DNA of 64,000 nucleotides from an uncultured delta proteobacterium (lineage in GTDB: Bacteria > Myxococcota_A > UBA9160 > UBA4427), in NCBI GenBank assembly GCA_963822965.1, contig CAWGJT010000009.1, positions 96,001 to 160,000 on the forward strand, written 5' to 3'. A program made the translations under genes and the position numbers. Of the stretch, positions 15,230-25,393 are shown piece by piece (within the stretch, counting starts at the first letter, position 1; each line of letters opens with the position of its first letter). The notes under the pieces are model-generated. The model did no database searches. It was not told the origin of the DNA and was given only the letters and a program-made list of their open reading frames with translations.

Positions 15230-17863
15230 TCAGCCGGGCGACGGCGCCTGGACCGGGTCGGGCAGTGGCTGGCCGCTGCGAACGGCCTCCAGACCCGCCA
15301 TCACGTCGTGCAGCGAGTGGAACGGCAGGAAGGCCTCTCCCCGCTCGAGCATCGCGGGGCCGAGGGTGTCCTTGGCGCTCTCCCGCGCGAAGGTGAGATC
15401 CGCCGCTCGCGCACCGCACAGGTCGGACACGCGTCCGTTGCCCACGTGCACGCACAGGGCATCGGGGTGCTCCGCACGCCAGGCCGAGATGATGCCGCCC
15501 TTGCAGGTTCCCGTGCCGCAGCCGCAGCGGGGATCCGGGTGTCCCGGGGCCACGCGCCAGACGCCCTCGTCGTAGACGAGCCGGTTGCAACGATAGTCGA
15601 ACGACAGGTCGTGGATGCGCTGCAAGGCGTCGAGATTGCGATCGAAGCCGTCGGAGACCACCTCGAACGGGATGCCGTGCTCGTCGCACCAGGCCACGAG
15701 GTCACGGGCTCCGGGGTCGAGCTCGATCGTGCGGAGGAACGCCTCGAGCTCCTCCTCGGGCAGCGCGAAGCCGTCGAGCAGCTCGTGGGTGTACTCCCAG
15801 GCCGTCAGCTCTCCGGACTCGAAGCGCGACCAGAGCGCGTCGCGCCGTTCGGGCATTTCCCGGCGTGCCAGGGTCGATCCCACGTCCTGCAGCAGGAAGG
15901 TTCCGTCGAAGTCGCAGAACACGGCGAGCTTCCGGATGCGCGGGAAGTCGTGGACGACGCTCTGGTGCGGGCCGACGGGGGCGGCGAGCCGGCGCGTCTC
16001 GTCGAGCGGGAGACCGAGCGCCCAGGCGTCCACCGTGGGCTCCCGCGCGGTGTCTTCGCCGTTGATCAGGCAGACGCTCGCGTCCACGCCGCGCGACGTC
16101 ACCAGCACCCCCGGGCTCGTGGTTGCGAGCAGATCGGCGACCCGGGTGACCCCGCGACGGTCGGCGCCGTCCACACGCGCCGCCCGCGCTGTGCACTCGC
16201 GGATCAGCGCGCGGCTGTCGCTCCCGAGGAGCGGCACGTCGTCCGAGACGAGCACCATGCCACCCGTCGCCGCGATGGCGTCCGCCAGACAGCGCGCCTC
16301 TTCCGCCGTGAGTCGCGTCTGCTCCCGGCGGGCCATCAGGCAGTCGGGATCGTTGAGCCACAGGCGCCGATGCATCCAGGCCCGGTGCACGATGCTCTGG
16401 ATGGCCGTCTTCGTGGCGGGCATCGTCTGCTCGAGCCCGGGAATCAGCCCCTCCGGCCCGGGCCGCCAGTAGGGCGCGACGTCGGGCCCGATGCGCATGG
16501 CGTCGACGAGGCCCACCGCCGGACCCAGGGGAGAGCCGCAGCCCAGCAGGAAGCTCTCCTCGCCGATGCCGCGACGGATCGCCCGCAGACCCTCTCGCAG
16601 GCGCTCGGCCCGGGTGCGACGCGGATCCCAGGCTTCCGCGAGCATCGCCCCGGCATGCAGGAAGTCGATCTTGTGATACGTGAAGCCCATCTCCGTGAGC
16701 GCACGGAACGTCGACTCGAGGTGCGTGAGCACGGGCTCGCGCGTGCTGTCGAGGGCGTAGACCCAGAAGTCCTCGCTCCACTCGTTGTGCGCGAGGCCCC
16801 GGAAGAAGCGGTCGCCCTCGCGAAGCAGCCACTCCGGATGCCGCTCGTGGACGTGGCTCTCGCGGACCACGCAGAAGGGCGCCGTCCACAGGCCGGCGAT
16901 GAAGCCGGCGTCCCGGATGTCGCGGGCCACGGGCGCCAGGCCCCGGGGAAACTTCTCGTTGGTCTCCAGCCAATCGCCCACGGCGCGCTGGTAGCCGTCG
17001 TCGAGCTGGACGACCTCGACGGGAATCTCTTCCCGCGCCTTGGCGAGGGCTTCGAGATTGCGCAGCAGGTCGTCCTCGCAGATGCCGTGGAAGAAGTGGT
17101 ACCAGCTGCACCAGCCCGGGCGGAAGGGGCTCGCGGTGCGCGCCCCGGCCACGCGTCCCCACAGCTCGCCGAAGGCCTCGAGCAGGCGATTCGGATCGTC
17201 GCCCAGCGCCACGCGCACCGGGTCGAGGCGCCGCGATTCGCCGGGCGCCACGGGAACCTCCAGGCGCTGCTCGACCTCGATCTCGAGGGCTTCACCCTCC
17301 CGTCGCAGATAGACCACGCCGAAGGTGCGACCCGTCTCGAGCACTCCCGCCAGACAGGCGGGAAGCCCCGGCCCGCGGCCCACGACGGAGACGGCCGCGG
17401 ACTCGTGCCAGCCGGCCCGGTCCGCGGGATGCTCGTTCACCACGTGGTGCAGGCCGCGCAGCCAGGGACCCGACGGGAACGCCGGCTCGCCGTCCGCATC
17501 GAGCTCCTTCGTCCGGGTGAGCGACCAGGACTGCCAGCCGTTGCGCAGGAAGCGCCACGAACCGGGCTCGTGCCCCTCCATGCGGAATCCCAGCATCACG
17601 CTCGTCACGAAGACCGGGCCCGAGCCGGGGTTGGTCACCTCCACCTCGAAGGTGGCCGCGTGTCCGTGGTCCGTCCGAACGAGATCCACCTGCAGCGGGC
17701 CGATCCGGCGACGGCCCGAGCGAAGCTCGTCCGTCGCGAAGTGAACCACCGCCGCGCGCGCGGGCGGCAGCGGGCCCGCTCCCAGGAAGGCGCGCGCCCC
17801 GAGCCGAACCGGTTCGAGGCGAATCCTGCCAGCGTGCGTCAACATCGCAGACGGTCCGGACAT
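15230..17863 (-). CDS. GH36 alpha-galactosidase fused to a C-terminal HAD-IB (MtnX-like) phosphatase
   Basis: GH36 motifs GWCSWY, QLDDGYQ, GLWTAPF, KIDFL, MRIGPDV, NDPDCL; then in frame FCDFDGT, VVSDGF, CGTGTCK, VGNGRVSDLC. Confidence 0.85.
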   Translation of the reverse strand: MSGPSAMLTHAGRIRLEPVRLGARAFLGAGPLPPARAAVVHFATDELRSGRRRIGPLQVDLVRTDHGHAATFEVEVTNPGSGPVFVTSVMLGFRMEGHEPGSWRFLRNGWQSWSLTRTKELDADGEPAFPSGPWLRGLHHVVNEHPADRAGWHESAAVSVVGRGPGLPACLAGVLETGRTFGVVYLRREGEALEIEVEQRLEVPVAPGESRRLDPVRVALGDDPNRLLEAFGELWGRVAGARTASPFRPGWCSWYHFFHGICEDDLLRNLEALAKAREEIPVEVVQLDDGYQRAVGDWLETNEKFPRGLAPVARDIRDAGFIAGLWTAPFCVVRESHVHERHPEWLLREGDRFFRGLAHNEWSEDFWVYALDSTREPVLTHLESTFRALTEMGFTYHKIDFLHAGAMLAEAWDPRRTRAERLREGLRAIRRGIGEESFLLGCGSPLGPAVGLVDAMRIGPDVAPYWRPGPEGLIPGLEQTMPATKTAIQSIVHRAWMHRRLWLNDPDCLMARREQTRLTAEEARCLADAIAATGGMVLVSDDVPLLGSDSRALIRECTARAARVDGADRRGVTRVADLLATTSPGVLVTSRGVDASVCLINGEDTAREPTVDAWALGLPLDETRRLAAPVGPHQSVVHDFPRIRKLAVFCDFDGTFLLQDVGSTLARREMPERRDALWSRFESGELTAWEYTHELLDGFALPEEELEAFLRTIELDPGARDLVAWCDEHGIPFEVVSDGFDRNLDALQRIHDLSFDYRCNRLVYDEGVWRVAPGHPDPRCGCGTGTCKGGIISAWRAEHPDALCVHVGNGRVSDLCGARAADLTFARESAKDTLGPAMLERGEAFLPFHSLHDVMAGLEAVRSGQPLPDPVQAPSPG

Positions 17864-17880
17864 CGCCGCGGAGTATAGAG

Positions 17881-18774
17881 ATGACCTCCCTCGAGGCGAC
17901 CTTGCAGGCGCAGATCGCGAGCGGTCCCCCGCTCCTTCTCGACGGGGCCCTCGGCACGGAGATCGAGCGACGCGGCGTGCCCTGCGGGCTGCCGCTCTGG
18001 TCCACACACGCGCTCGTCGAGGCGCCGGACGTGGTGCGGTCGATCCACCGGGACTACGTGCGCGCGGGAGCCCGCGTGCTCACCGCGTGCACGTTCCGGA
18101 CCCAGGCGCGGAGCCTGGCGGCGGCGGGGCTTCCCGAGCCTGCGGCCCGGGCGAGCGAGCTCTGCGAGCGGGCGGTCGCCCTGGCGCGCGAGGCGATCCA
18201 CGGCGCGACGGATCGCGTCCTCGTGGCGGGCTCGGCCCCGCCGCTCGAGGACTGCTACCGGCCCGATCTCGTCCCCACGGACGCCGACGCCCTTCGCGAG
18301 CACCGGGAGCACGCCCGCAATCTGGCTCGCGCCGGGGTCGATCTCATTGCGGTGGAGACGATGAACACCGCGCGCGAAGCGCGCGCGGCCGCGGAGGCCG
18401 CCGCGGAGACCGGCCTTCCCTTCTGGGTGAGCTTCACCTGCGGGCCGGACGCGGAGCTGCTCTCGGGCGAGCCCCTGGCGCGGGCCGTCGACGCGGTTCG
18501 CGAAGCGCGACCGCTGGCCGTGGGCGTGAACTGCCTGCCACCCGATCTCGTGCCCGCGTGTCTGCCGGTGCTGTCCGCCTGCGGGCTGCCCTTCCTGGTC
18601 TACGCGAACCTCGGCGCGCCCGACCCGCGCGGCGGTCGCACCCACGCATGCTCGCCGGAAGCCTACGCGGAGCACGCGCGAGGCTGGCTCCGGGCCGGCG
18701 CCCGGGCGATCGGCGGCTGCTGCGGAACCGGCCCCGAGCACGTCCGGGCGCTCGCCCGGGCCTTCGGCGCGTGA
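17881..18774 (+). CDS. Homocysteine S-methyltransferase family protein
   Basis: LLDGALGTE, IHRDYVRAGA, VETM, GVNC, IGGCCGTGPEH. Confidence 0.88.
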   Translation: MTSLEATLQAQIASGPPLLLDGALGTEIERRGVPCGLPLWSTHALVEAPDVVRSIHRDYVRAGARVLTACTFRTQARSLAAAGLPEPAARASELCERAVALAREAIHGATDRVLVAGSAPPLEDCYRPDLVPTDADALREHREHARNLARAGVDLIAVETMNTAREARAAAEAAAETGLPFWVSFTCGPDAELLSGEPLARAVDAVREARPLAVGVNCLPPDLVPACLPVLSACGLPFLVYANLGAPDPRGGRTHACSPEAYAEHARGWLRAGARAIGGCCGTGPEHVRALARAFGA

Positions 18775-18943
18775 CCGGATTCCGGCGTTCGCCGTCTCTC
18801 GTACCACAATTTGCGTCACCCGCTGCGAGCCGGCTGCCGGCTTCCTGCCGCCATCTCGGAGCCCAGTCGGGAAAGACCCACGGTTTATCAAGCACTTAGC
18901 GAAGGGCTGCCGGACGGCTCCCGCTCGGCACGGCGCTTGCTCT

Positions 18944-19059
18944 AGGGAGGGGACAGAGGGGGCGCGACCAATCTGCGGAAGCGCGCGTCCAGTGAGACGC
19001 GGCCTCCGCGGTGAGTCAAAGGTGAGAGCCAACTGCGCCCGGGGCGGCTACCCCTCCCT
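18944..19059. ncRNA. Candidate structured RNA of unrecognised family
   Basis: Nested complementary segments and a GAGA tetraloop hairpin in a ~350-nt intergenic gap (see findings). Confidence 0.3.
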
Positions 19060-19122
19060 TCGCACTCTGTGCGAGGAGCCGTCCCGGGCGCTTCGCGTTT
19101 CGGCCCCGGTAGACTTGCCGCC

Positions 19123-21087
19123 ATGCCGAAGGCTCCGCTCCCGCCGCTGCTGCCGACTCCGCGCCGGGCGTGCCGCGAGCCCGGCAGCTTCGGGCTCCGC
19201 GAAGGCGTGCCCATCGTGCTCGGGCCCGGCGCCGGACGGGCCGACGGGGAGACGGCTCGGGCCCTGCAGCAGGAGGTGCATCGCAGGGCGGGGCTGCGGC
19301 TGCCCATCGAGAGCCATCGCGAGGCGCGAGCTCCCGGCCGCCACGTGTCGCTCCGGAAGAGCACCGCCCAGGCCGCCGAGCAGGGGGACGAGGCCCATCG
19401 CATCCGCGTCACGCCGGAACGGGTCGAGATCACGGCCGCCGGCTCGCGGGGCCTGCGCTGGGGGGTCGAGACCCTTCGCCAGCTCGTCGACCGCCGCGGC
19501 CGCATTCCCTGCTGCCTGATCGAGGACGCACCGATCCTGGCCCTGCGAGGCGTCATGCTCGACGTGTCCCGCGGCAAGGTCCCGACCCCGGCCTGCGTGC
19601 GTGAGATCATCGACCTGTGCGCGCGCTGCAAGCTGAACGTCCTGATGCTCTATACCGAGCACACCTTCCGGTTCCGCCGACACCCGAAGATCGGCGCCGG
19701 AGACTCCCCGCTCGACGCCGAGACCATGCGCGACCTGGACGCCTACGCGTCGGACCGCTGCGTGGAGCTCGTTCCCTGCCTGCAGTCCCTCGGCCACATG
19801 TCCCACGTGCTGGAGCACCCGGAGTACGCACACCTCGACGAGACGGACGAGGGCTGGACCCTCTCGCCCGCCGAGCCGGGCACCTACGAGCTCCTGGCCG
19901 ACCTCTACGACGAGTACCTGCCCAACTTCCGGTCCGGCTGGCTCAACGCCAACTGCGACGAGCCCTGGGACCTGTGCCGCGGCAAGTCCCGGGCCCGGGA
20001 GGCCGAGCTCGGCGGCGGGGGCGTCTACCTCGAGCACGTGCGGCGCCTCAAGGAGCTGGCCGCGCGCAACGACAAGCGCACGATGATCTGGGGTGACGTC
20101 GTCCACGCGCACCCGGAACGCATCCCCGAGATCGATCGCGACCTGGTGCTCCTCGACTGGTGGTACGAGGCGGACTTCGACTTCGACCGCGTGAAGGTCT
20201 TCGCCGAGAACGGCATCGAGTTCCTGGTGTGTCCGGGCACGTCGAGCTGGAACTGCCTGTTTCCACGCGTCGAGACGAGCAACCGCAACATCGCGCGCTG
20301 GGCGGACGCCGGACGCCGCCACGGCGCGAAGGGCCTGCTCAACACCGACTGGGGCGACTACGGCCACTACAACCTGCAGGGCAACTCCTGGTTCGCCTAC
20401 GCGATGGGCGCCCAGCACGCCTGGTCCGGCGACTGCGACGACCGCGCGTTCGACCGCGCCTTCTCGCGCCTCGTCTTCGACGACGAGAGCGGCCAGGTGG
20501 CGAAGCTGTATCGCGCCCTGGGATCCGTCCACGACGCCGGCTTCCGCATGTGGAACGGCAGCCCGATCCAGTGCCTCTTCTTCGACGAGCTCGAAGAGTC
20601 GATCTTCGTCGGCGCCACGAAGCGGAGCGCCCTGGCGAAGAGCGAGCGGGCGCTGGCGCGGCTCCGCGATCGTCTCGCCGGCGCGGCGCCGAAGTTCGGG
20701 GCGCGCGAGCAGACCTGGCGAGAGCTCGTCTACGCCGCCGACGCCTCGCTGCTCGCCGTCCGCAAGGCCGGGGCCGGGCTGGACCACCTGGACTGGCGCC
20801 GGAATCCACGGGCCTGGCGGGCCCCGGAGCGCCGGAGCCTGGCGCGCACCCTCGCCGCTCTCGCCGACGAGCAGCAGGCCCTGGGCCGCCGCCTGCGCCG
20901 GCTGTGGCTCGCCCGCAGCGCCGTCTCGAACCTGGATCGGAACGAACGCCGGCTGCGCAAGTCGGTCCGCAGCCTGCGCGCCGCCGCGCGCGCGCTCGAA
21001 CGCAACCGCCCGCTGCCGCCGCCCGAGCCTCGCAAGCTCTCGCCACTGGACACCCTGCACGCGATCCGCTCCTCGTACGAGAGCTGA
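19123..21087 (+). CDS. GH20 beta-N-acetylhexosaminidase-like glycoside hydrolase
   Basis: IEDAP..RGVMLDVSRGKVP, LYTEH, SLGHM, NCDE catalytic pair, DWWYE, TDWGD. Confidence 0.85.
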   Translation: MPKAPLPPLLPTPRRACREPGSFGLREGVPIVLGPGAGRADGETARALQQEVHRRAGLRLPIESHREARAPGRHVSLRKSTAQAAEQGDEAHRIRVTPERVEITAAGSRGLRWGVETLRQLVDRRGRIPCCLIEDAPILALRGVMLDVSRGKVPTPACVREIIDLCARCKLNVLMLYTEHTFRFRRHPKIGAGDSPLDAETMRDLDAYASDRCVELVPCLQSLGHMSHVLEHPEYAHLDETDEGWTLSPAEPGTYELLADLYDEYLPNFRSGWLNANCDEPWDLCRGKSRAREAELGGGGVYLEHVRRLKELAARNDKRTMIWGDVVHAHPERIPEIDRDLVLLDWWYEADFDFDRVKVFAENGIEFLVCPGTSSWNCLFPRVETSNRNIARWADAGRRHGAKGLLNTDWGDYGHYNLQGNSWFAYAMGAQHAWSGDCDDRAFDRAFSRLVFDDESGQVAKLYRALGSVHDAGFRMWNGSPIQCLFFDELEESIFVGATKRSALAKSERALARLRDRLAGAAPKFGAREQTWRELVYAADASLLAVRKAGAGLDHLDWRRNPRAWRAPERRSLARTLAALADEQQALGRRLRRLWLARSAVSNLDRNERRLRKSVRSLRAAARALERNRPLPPPEPRKLSPLDTLHAIRSSYES

Positions 21088-21108
21088 TCGCCGCTGCGGC
21101 GACCCGGA

Positions 21109-22413
21109 TCAGAGGGAACGCGGCTCCTCGACGTAGAGAACGACGAGCAGCACGGCGGCGAGCTGGAAGCCGATGGCGGTCGTGAACAGAACCTCGTGCG
21201 GGAAGGCCAGCAGGATGGCCGCCCCCAGCAGCGGGCCGATCGCGCCCACCAGCTCGGACGACGAGTTCGCCACCGCGATCCGCAAGGGCAGGTCCTGACG
21301 CGACCCGAACTCCAGCACCATGTTCTGCGCCGACATCATGAAGCCACCCAGGCCGGCCCCGATTCCGAAGAAGGCCACCGCGAAGCTCGGCAGCGTGCTG
21401 CTCCCCATCAGCAGCAGCGCCGACGCGATCCAGGTGCCGATGGACGTCAGGAACACGAGGCGAAAGCCGGTGCGGTCCGCCATCCAGCCCCAGGGCAGAT
21501 TGATCGTGCTGTTCGCCAGCAGGAAGCAGGGCGTCAGGATCGCGAGGTTCTGGCTCGTGTTGCCCCCCATGGTGCGGTCCGCGTAGACGAAGTAGAAGGG
21601 CACCGCCATGCGCCCCATGGTGGCGAGGGCCCGGGCCAGGAAGTAGAGCGTGAAGCCCCGGTCCGACCGCAGCAGGGCGGGCAGCTCGCGCAGCCGGTCC
21701 CCCACCCCCATGGCGTCCCGCACCTCGGGCGGCTCGGGCTCGCGCACGCCGAGCAGCATGGCGAGCCCGAGGGTCGTGAGCACGAACGAGAGCAGGAAGG
21801 TGGTGGCGTAGCCGTTGCCCAGGAGGTTGGGCTCCACGAGATAGCGGCCGCCCAGATAGGCGACGCCCGACGCGGTGAGACCGCCCAGGCAGTTGCGCAG
21901 GCCCAGCAGGACGCCGCGTCGGTCGACGGGGATCACCTTCGACATCAGGAACGAGAAGATCACGCCCTGCATGCCCATGAAGAAGCCGAAGCCCACCAGC
22001 AGCAGCCAGATGGCGCGGACCGCCCAGGCGTCGGGAAGGAAGAAGCCCGAGAGTGCGATGCCCAGGACCATCAGGCGCATGCTGCCGCCCACCGCGAAGC
22101 CCACGGGCAGGACGCGCTTGCGGTGCTCGATGATGGTGGCCCCCAGGATCGGGGACAGGAACATTCCGAAGGCCTGGGCCGAGCGGGCGACGCCGATGGC
22201 GAGCTCGCCCCCGGTCAGCGCGAAGAGATAGGCGGGCAGGAAGGTGGGCGCGTTCAGCAGGCGGAAGCCGGTCTGCCCGAGCAGGCCGTGACACAGGTGC
22301 GCGAGGTAGTTGCGCGGCAGGTTGCGGCGTACCTGGTCGTTGTAGGCGGACTCGGCGGCCGCCGCGGCCAGCTGCACGGACGAGAGCTCGGCATCTGCGG
22401 GGCGTGCGCTCAC
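21109..22413 (-). CDS. MFS transporter
   Basis: About 12 hydrophobic segments, motif WGWMADRTGFR; GTG overlaps the folC stop (GTGA). Confidence 0.85.
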   Translation of the reverse strand: MSARPADAELSSVQLAAAAAESAYNDQVRRNLPRNYLAHLCHGLLGQTGFRLLNAPTFLPAYLFALTGGELAIGVARSAQAFGMFLSPILGATIIEHRKRVLPVGFAVGGSMRLMVLGIALSGFFLPDAWAVRAIWLLLVGFGFFMGMQGVIFSFLMSKVIPVDRRGVLLGLRNCLGGLTASGVAYLGGRYLVEPNLLGNGYATTFLLSFVLTTLGLAMLLGVREPEPPEVRDAMGVGDRLRELPALLRSDRGFTLYFLARALATMGRMAVPFYFVYADRTMGGNTSQNLAILTPCFLLANSTINLPWGWMADRTGFRLVFLTSIGTWIASALLLMGSSTLPSFAVAFFGIGAGLGGFMMSAQNMVLEFGSRQDLPLRIAVANSSSELVGAIGPLLGAAILLAFPHEVLFTTAIGFQLAAVLLVVLYVEEPRSL

Positions 22414-23780
22414 GAGCCGGAGACCAGCACGCGGCGGGCGATGCCCGCGAGATAGACGGAGCCCACCGCGCACAGCAGCTCGTCGGTGCCGAGCCCCTCC
22501 CGCGCGCCCCGGATCGCCTCGAACGGATCCTCGACGACGCGCACCGGCACGCCGGCGCCGCGCGCCTCGATGCGAAGGGCGAGCACGCTCGGGTCGAGGG
22601 ATCGGATCGGGTCGGCCCGGGTGAGGGTGATCCGATTCGCGAGGGGCAGGAGACGATCGAGCATCGGCTCCACCGCCTTGTCGAGGGCGATCGACAGGAC
22701 CAGGTGTCGAGCCGTCGCGGGAACGTGCTCGAGCCACGCCGCCAGGCCGCGCACGGATTCCAGCGTGTGGGCGGAATCGATCACGATCCACGGCTCGCGC
22801 TGCACGACCTCGATGCGCCCCGGCAGGGACACCTTCGCGAAGGCGCGCCCGGCCGCGGCGGCGATCCGTTCGTCGTCGTGGGCGCCCAGGGCGCGGACCG
22901 CCGCCACCGCCAGGGCCGCGTTGTCCCGCTGGTGGGCCCCCGCCGCGGCCAGCTTCGCCTCGAAGGCGAAGCCGTCCGCGAAGCGGAACCGCAGCGGGGT
23001 GACGGAGGCGTCCCCCGCCGGAGTCGCGAGGACGTCGACCTCGAGCTCGCGCCCGAGCCGCACGAGCCGGACGCCGAGGCTCGCGGCCCGCTCCTCGACC
23101 ACCCGGGCGGCCTCCGCGGGCAGCCGTCCCACCGCGCAGGGAACCCCCGGCTTCAGGATGCCGGCCTTCTCGCCCGCGATGGCGGCATGGGTGGTGCCGA
23201 GCTTGTCGGTGTGCTCGAGCTCGATGCTCGTCACCCCGGTCACCGCCGGAGTCACGACGTTGGTCGAATCCAGGCGTCCTCCGAGTCCCACCTCGAGCAC
23301 CGCCCGATCGACCCCGGCCTCGCGGAAGAGCAGGAACGCCGCCGCCGTCGTCGCGTCGAAGAACGAGGGCCAGAGCGTGGCGTCCTGCTGGCGCATGGCG
23401 TCGACGTGAGGGCGGACCTGCGCCACGGCGGCGGCCAGCTCGTCTGCCTGGACCTCCCGCCCGTCGAGGCGAAAGCGCTCGGTCCAGCGCTCGAGGTGCG
23501 GCGAGGTGTAGGTGCCGACGGACTCGCCCAGCTCGACGAGGAGCGCCTCGACGAGGAGCGCCGTCGAGCCCTTGCCCTTGGAGCCCGCCAGATGGACCAC
23601 CGAGAGCGTGGCCTCTGGGCTTCCCAGGCGAGCCAGAAGCGATTCGATCGCCGCGAGCCCGAAGCGCGAGTAGGACACCCGGGGCTGCCGCTCGCGGTTG
23701 ATGAGACCGTCGAGCCAGCGCTCCGCTTCGCCGAGCCCCCCGCGCCCGCCGTCCGCCCCCCTTGCCACGACTTCCCCCAC
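22410..23780 (-). CDS. folC: Folylpolyglutamate/dihydrofolate synthase
   Basis: HLAGSKGKGST, YTSPHL, EVGLGGRLDSTN, IAGEKAGI, PGRIE, DSAH. Confidence 0.92.
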   Translation of the reverse strand: MGEVVARGADGGRGGLGEAERWLDGLINRERQPRVSYSRFGLAAIESLLARLGSPEATLSVVHLAGSKGKGSTALLVEALLVELGESVGTYTSPHLERWTERFRLDGREVQADELAAAVAQVRPHVDAMRQQDATLWPSFFDATTAAAFLLFREAGVDRAVLEVGLGGRLDSTNVVTPAVTGVTSIELEHTDKLGTTHAAIAGEKAGILKPGVPCAVGRLPAEAARVVEERAASLGVRLVRLGRELEVDVLATPAGDASVTPLRFRFADGFAFEAKLAAAGAHQRDNAALAVAAVRALGAHDDERIAAAAGRAFAKVSLPGRIEVVQREPWIVIDSAHTLESVRGLAAWLEHVPATARHLVLSIALDKAVEPMLDRLLPLANRITLTRADPIRSLDPSVLALRIEARGAGVPVRVVEDPFEAIRGAREGLGTDELLCAVGSVYLAGIARRVLVSGS

Positions 23781-23924
23781 GCGTCTCCGCGAGCCCCCCG
23801 GCTCCCGGAAGGTGTCACGCCCGCTGCCGACCCGCCCGCCCCGGGGTCGTCGGGCGCCAAAAGAGAGAGGCGGCCCCGGTGGACCGCCTCCCAGACAGGC
23901 TCCGCGCCTCGACGTGCGAAGGCG

Positions 23925-24251
23925 CTACTGCACCAGGTACTTCTGCCGGGAGCGGTACTGCTTCACGGCCTCGCTCGTCGATTCCGTCGCGGGGAAGAAG
24001 TACTTCACCGCGTGTCCGCACTCCTGGCAGATCTTGTAACAGAACTTGAAGCCCTCGACCTCGCGAACGCTGCCCACGCTGACGCGGTTCGCGTCGGTGC
24101 AACAATCGGCCGGCCGCGGCGGCGACACGATCTTGCGCGGATAGTCGTTCTTCGGGGACTCGACATCGGTATAGAGGATGATGTTCTTCGTGAGCCGATG
24201 GGAGCGCTCGTCCGAGTGCTTCTTCCTGATGTTGCTGCCGATTCTTCTCAA
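23925..24251 (-). CDS. Small basic Cys-rich hypothetical protein (108 aa)
   Basis: GAGGA SD then TTG overlapping the upstream stop; contains DCC and CYKICQECGH. Confidence 0.6.
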   Translation of the reverse strand: MRRIGSNIRKKHSDERSHRLTKNIILYTDVESPKNDYPRKIVSPPRPADCCTDANRVSVGSVREVEGFKFCYKICQECGHAVKYFFPATESTSEAVKQYRSRQKYLVQ

Positions 24252-25168
24252 CTGCCGTTCCTCGCCGCTGTCTCTCCCGTTTCGCCAGCCCGCCCTTCGG
24301 CGAGCTCCCGGAGGAGAGTTGAAAGGTCCTCGTATCGTTTCTCGCAGGGCGCGCCGTCTGCGTAGAGCAGGCGACTCGCCCGTTCGTCCTCGTGCAGCTC
24401 CAACAGGAGCGAGCTGCGTGTCCCGTATGCACCGAGATGCACACAGGTGTCTCCGACTCCGCCACCCCCCGTTCCGTGCTCGACGCACACCCGGCCCAGC
24501 TCCTCCAGCACCGCCTCCGGCGCCAGCGCCGTCACCCCCTCCAGGCGCCTGCGAATCCGCTCCGCCTTCGGCGCGGGCTCCTCGCTGGGATCGACGTTGC
24601 CGATCACGTGCACCCCGGGCTCGAGCTCCCGCAGGCGCGGTCGGTCGCGGTAGACCAGGTGGAAGGCCCGCGCGCGGTCGGCCACGAAGCAGTGAAACGG
24701 GTTGTAGGCCTCCTCGGGCAGCGCCTTCAGCAAGTCCGCCGCCCGAGCCGCCGTCGGCTCGAGCAGCGCGTCCATCACGACCCAGCCGCGGGAGCGACGC
24801 CCGGGGTCCGGGCCCGGGCTTCCCGCGTCTCCGGCTCCAACCGCCATCCGAAGGTTCGTCACCGCTGCGAAGACGCCGTCTGCGTTCAATCCCAGCCAGG
24901 TCCCACCGGCTCGTCGATCGAGAGGCGCCAACACGCGCCGTCCGGCTCTCTCTCCCGCTTCTCCCGCTTCTCTCGCCGTTCCCGCCCGTCCCGAACGCGG
25001 GCCCACGCTCGGACCCCTCACCGTTCCTGCCGCCTCGGCCGTCTCGCCGGTCGTGACGAGCCGAACCGCGGGTCCTTCCGCAGGCCGGTCGTAGTACTCG
25101 TCCCGATTCGCCGCGATGATCAGGGGAACACCCTGTACGCCGCGATGGATGGCGATCAACGTGCACAA
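24248..25168 (-). CDS. NRDE/TANGO2 family protein
   Basis: MCTL start, AANRDE, GGTWLG, SRG, YNPF, YGTRSS. Confidence 0.88.
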   Translation of the reverse strand: MCTLIAIHRGVQGVPLIIAANRDEYYDRPAEGPAVRLVTTGETAEAAGTVRGPSVGPRSGRAGTAREAGEAGERAGRRVLAPLDRRAGGTWLGLNADGVFAAVTNLRMAVGAGDAGSPGPDPGRRSRGWVVMDALLEPTAARAADLLKALPEEAYNPFHCFVADRARAFHLVYRDRPRLRELEPGVHVIGNVDPSEEPAPKAERIRRRLEGVTALAPEAVLEELGRVCVEHGTGGGGVGDTCVHLGAYGTRSSLLLELHEDERASRLLYADGAPCEKRYEDLSTLLRELAEGRAGETGETAARNGS

Positions 25169-25393
25169 TCGGTGACGTCCGAGCCGCTTGGTCCCCTGAA
25201 GGGCCCCTGAAGGAGGAGCTACCGGAGAAGGCCGCAGAATCTAGCGGACCTCGCTCGTCGGCGCAAGGGAAAGCTGAAAGAATGCGCGGACTTACCGCCG
25301 ATGGCCTGTCCCGCGCCCGGGCGATCCCGCAGGTGGTCGCCAACCTGCGACGCGTTCCCCGCGGGCGACGGGATGGGTCCGAGCGCGTCGCGC

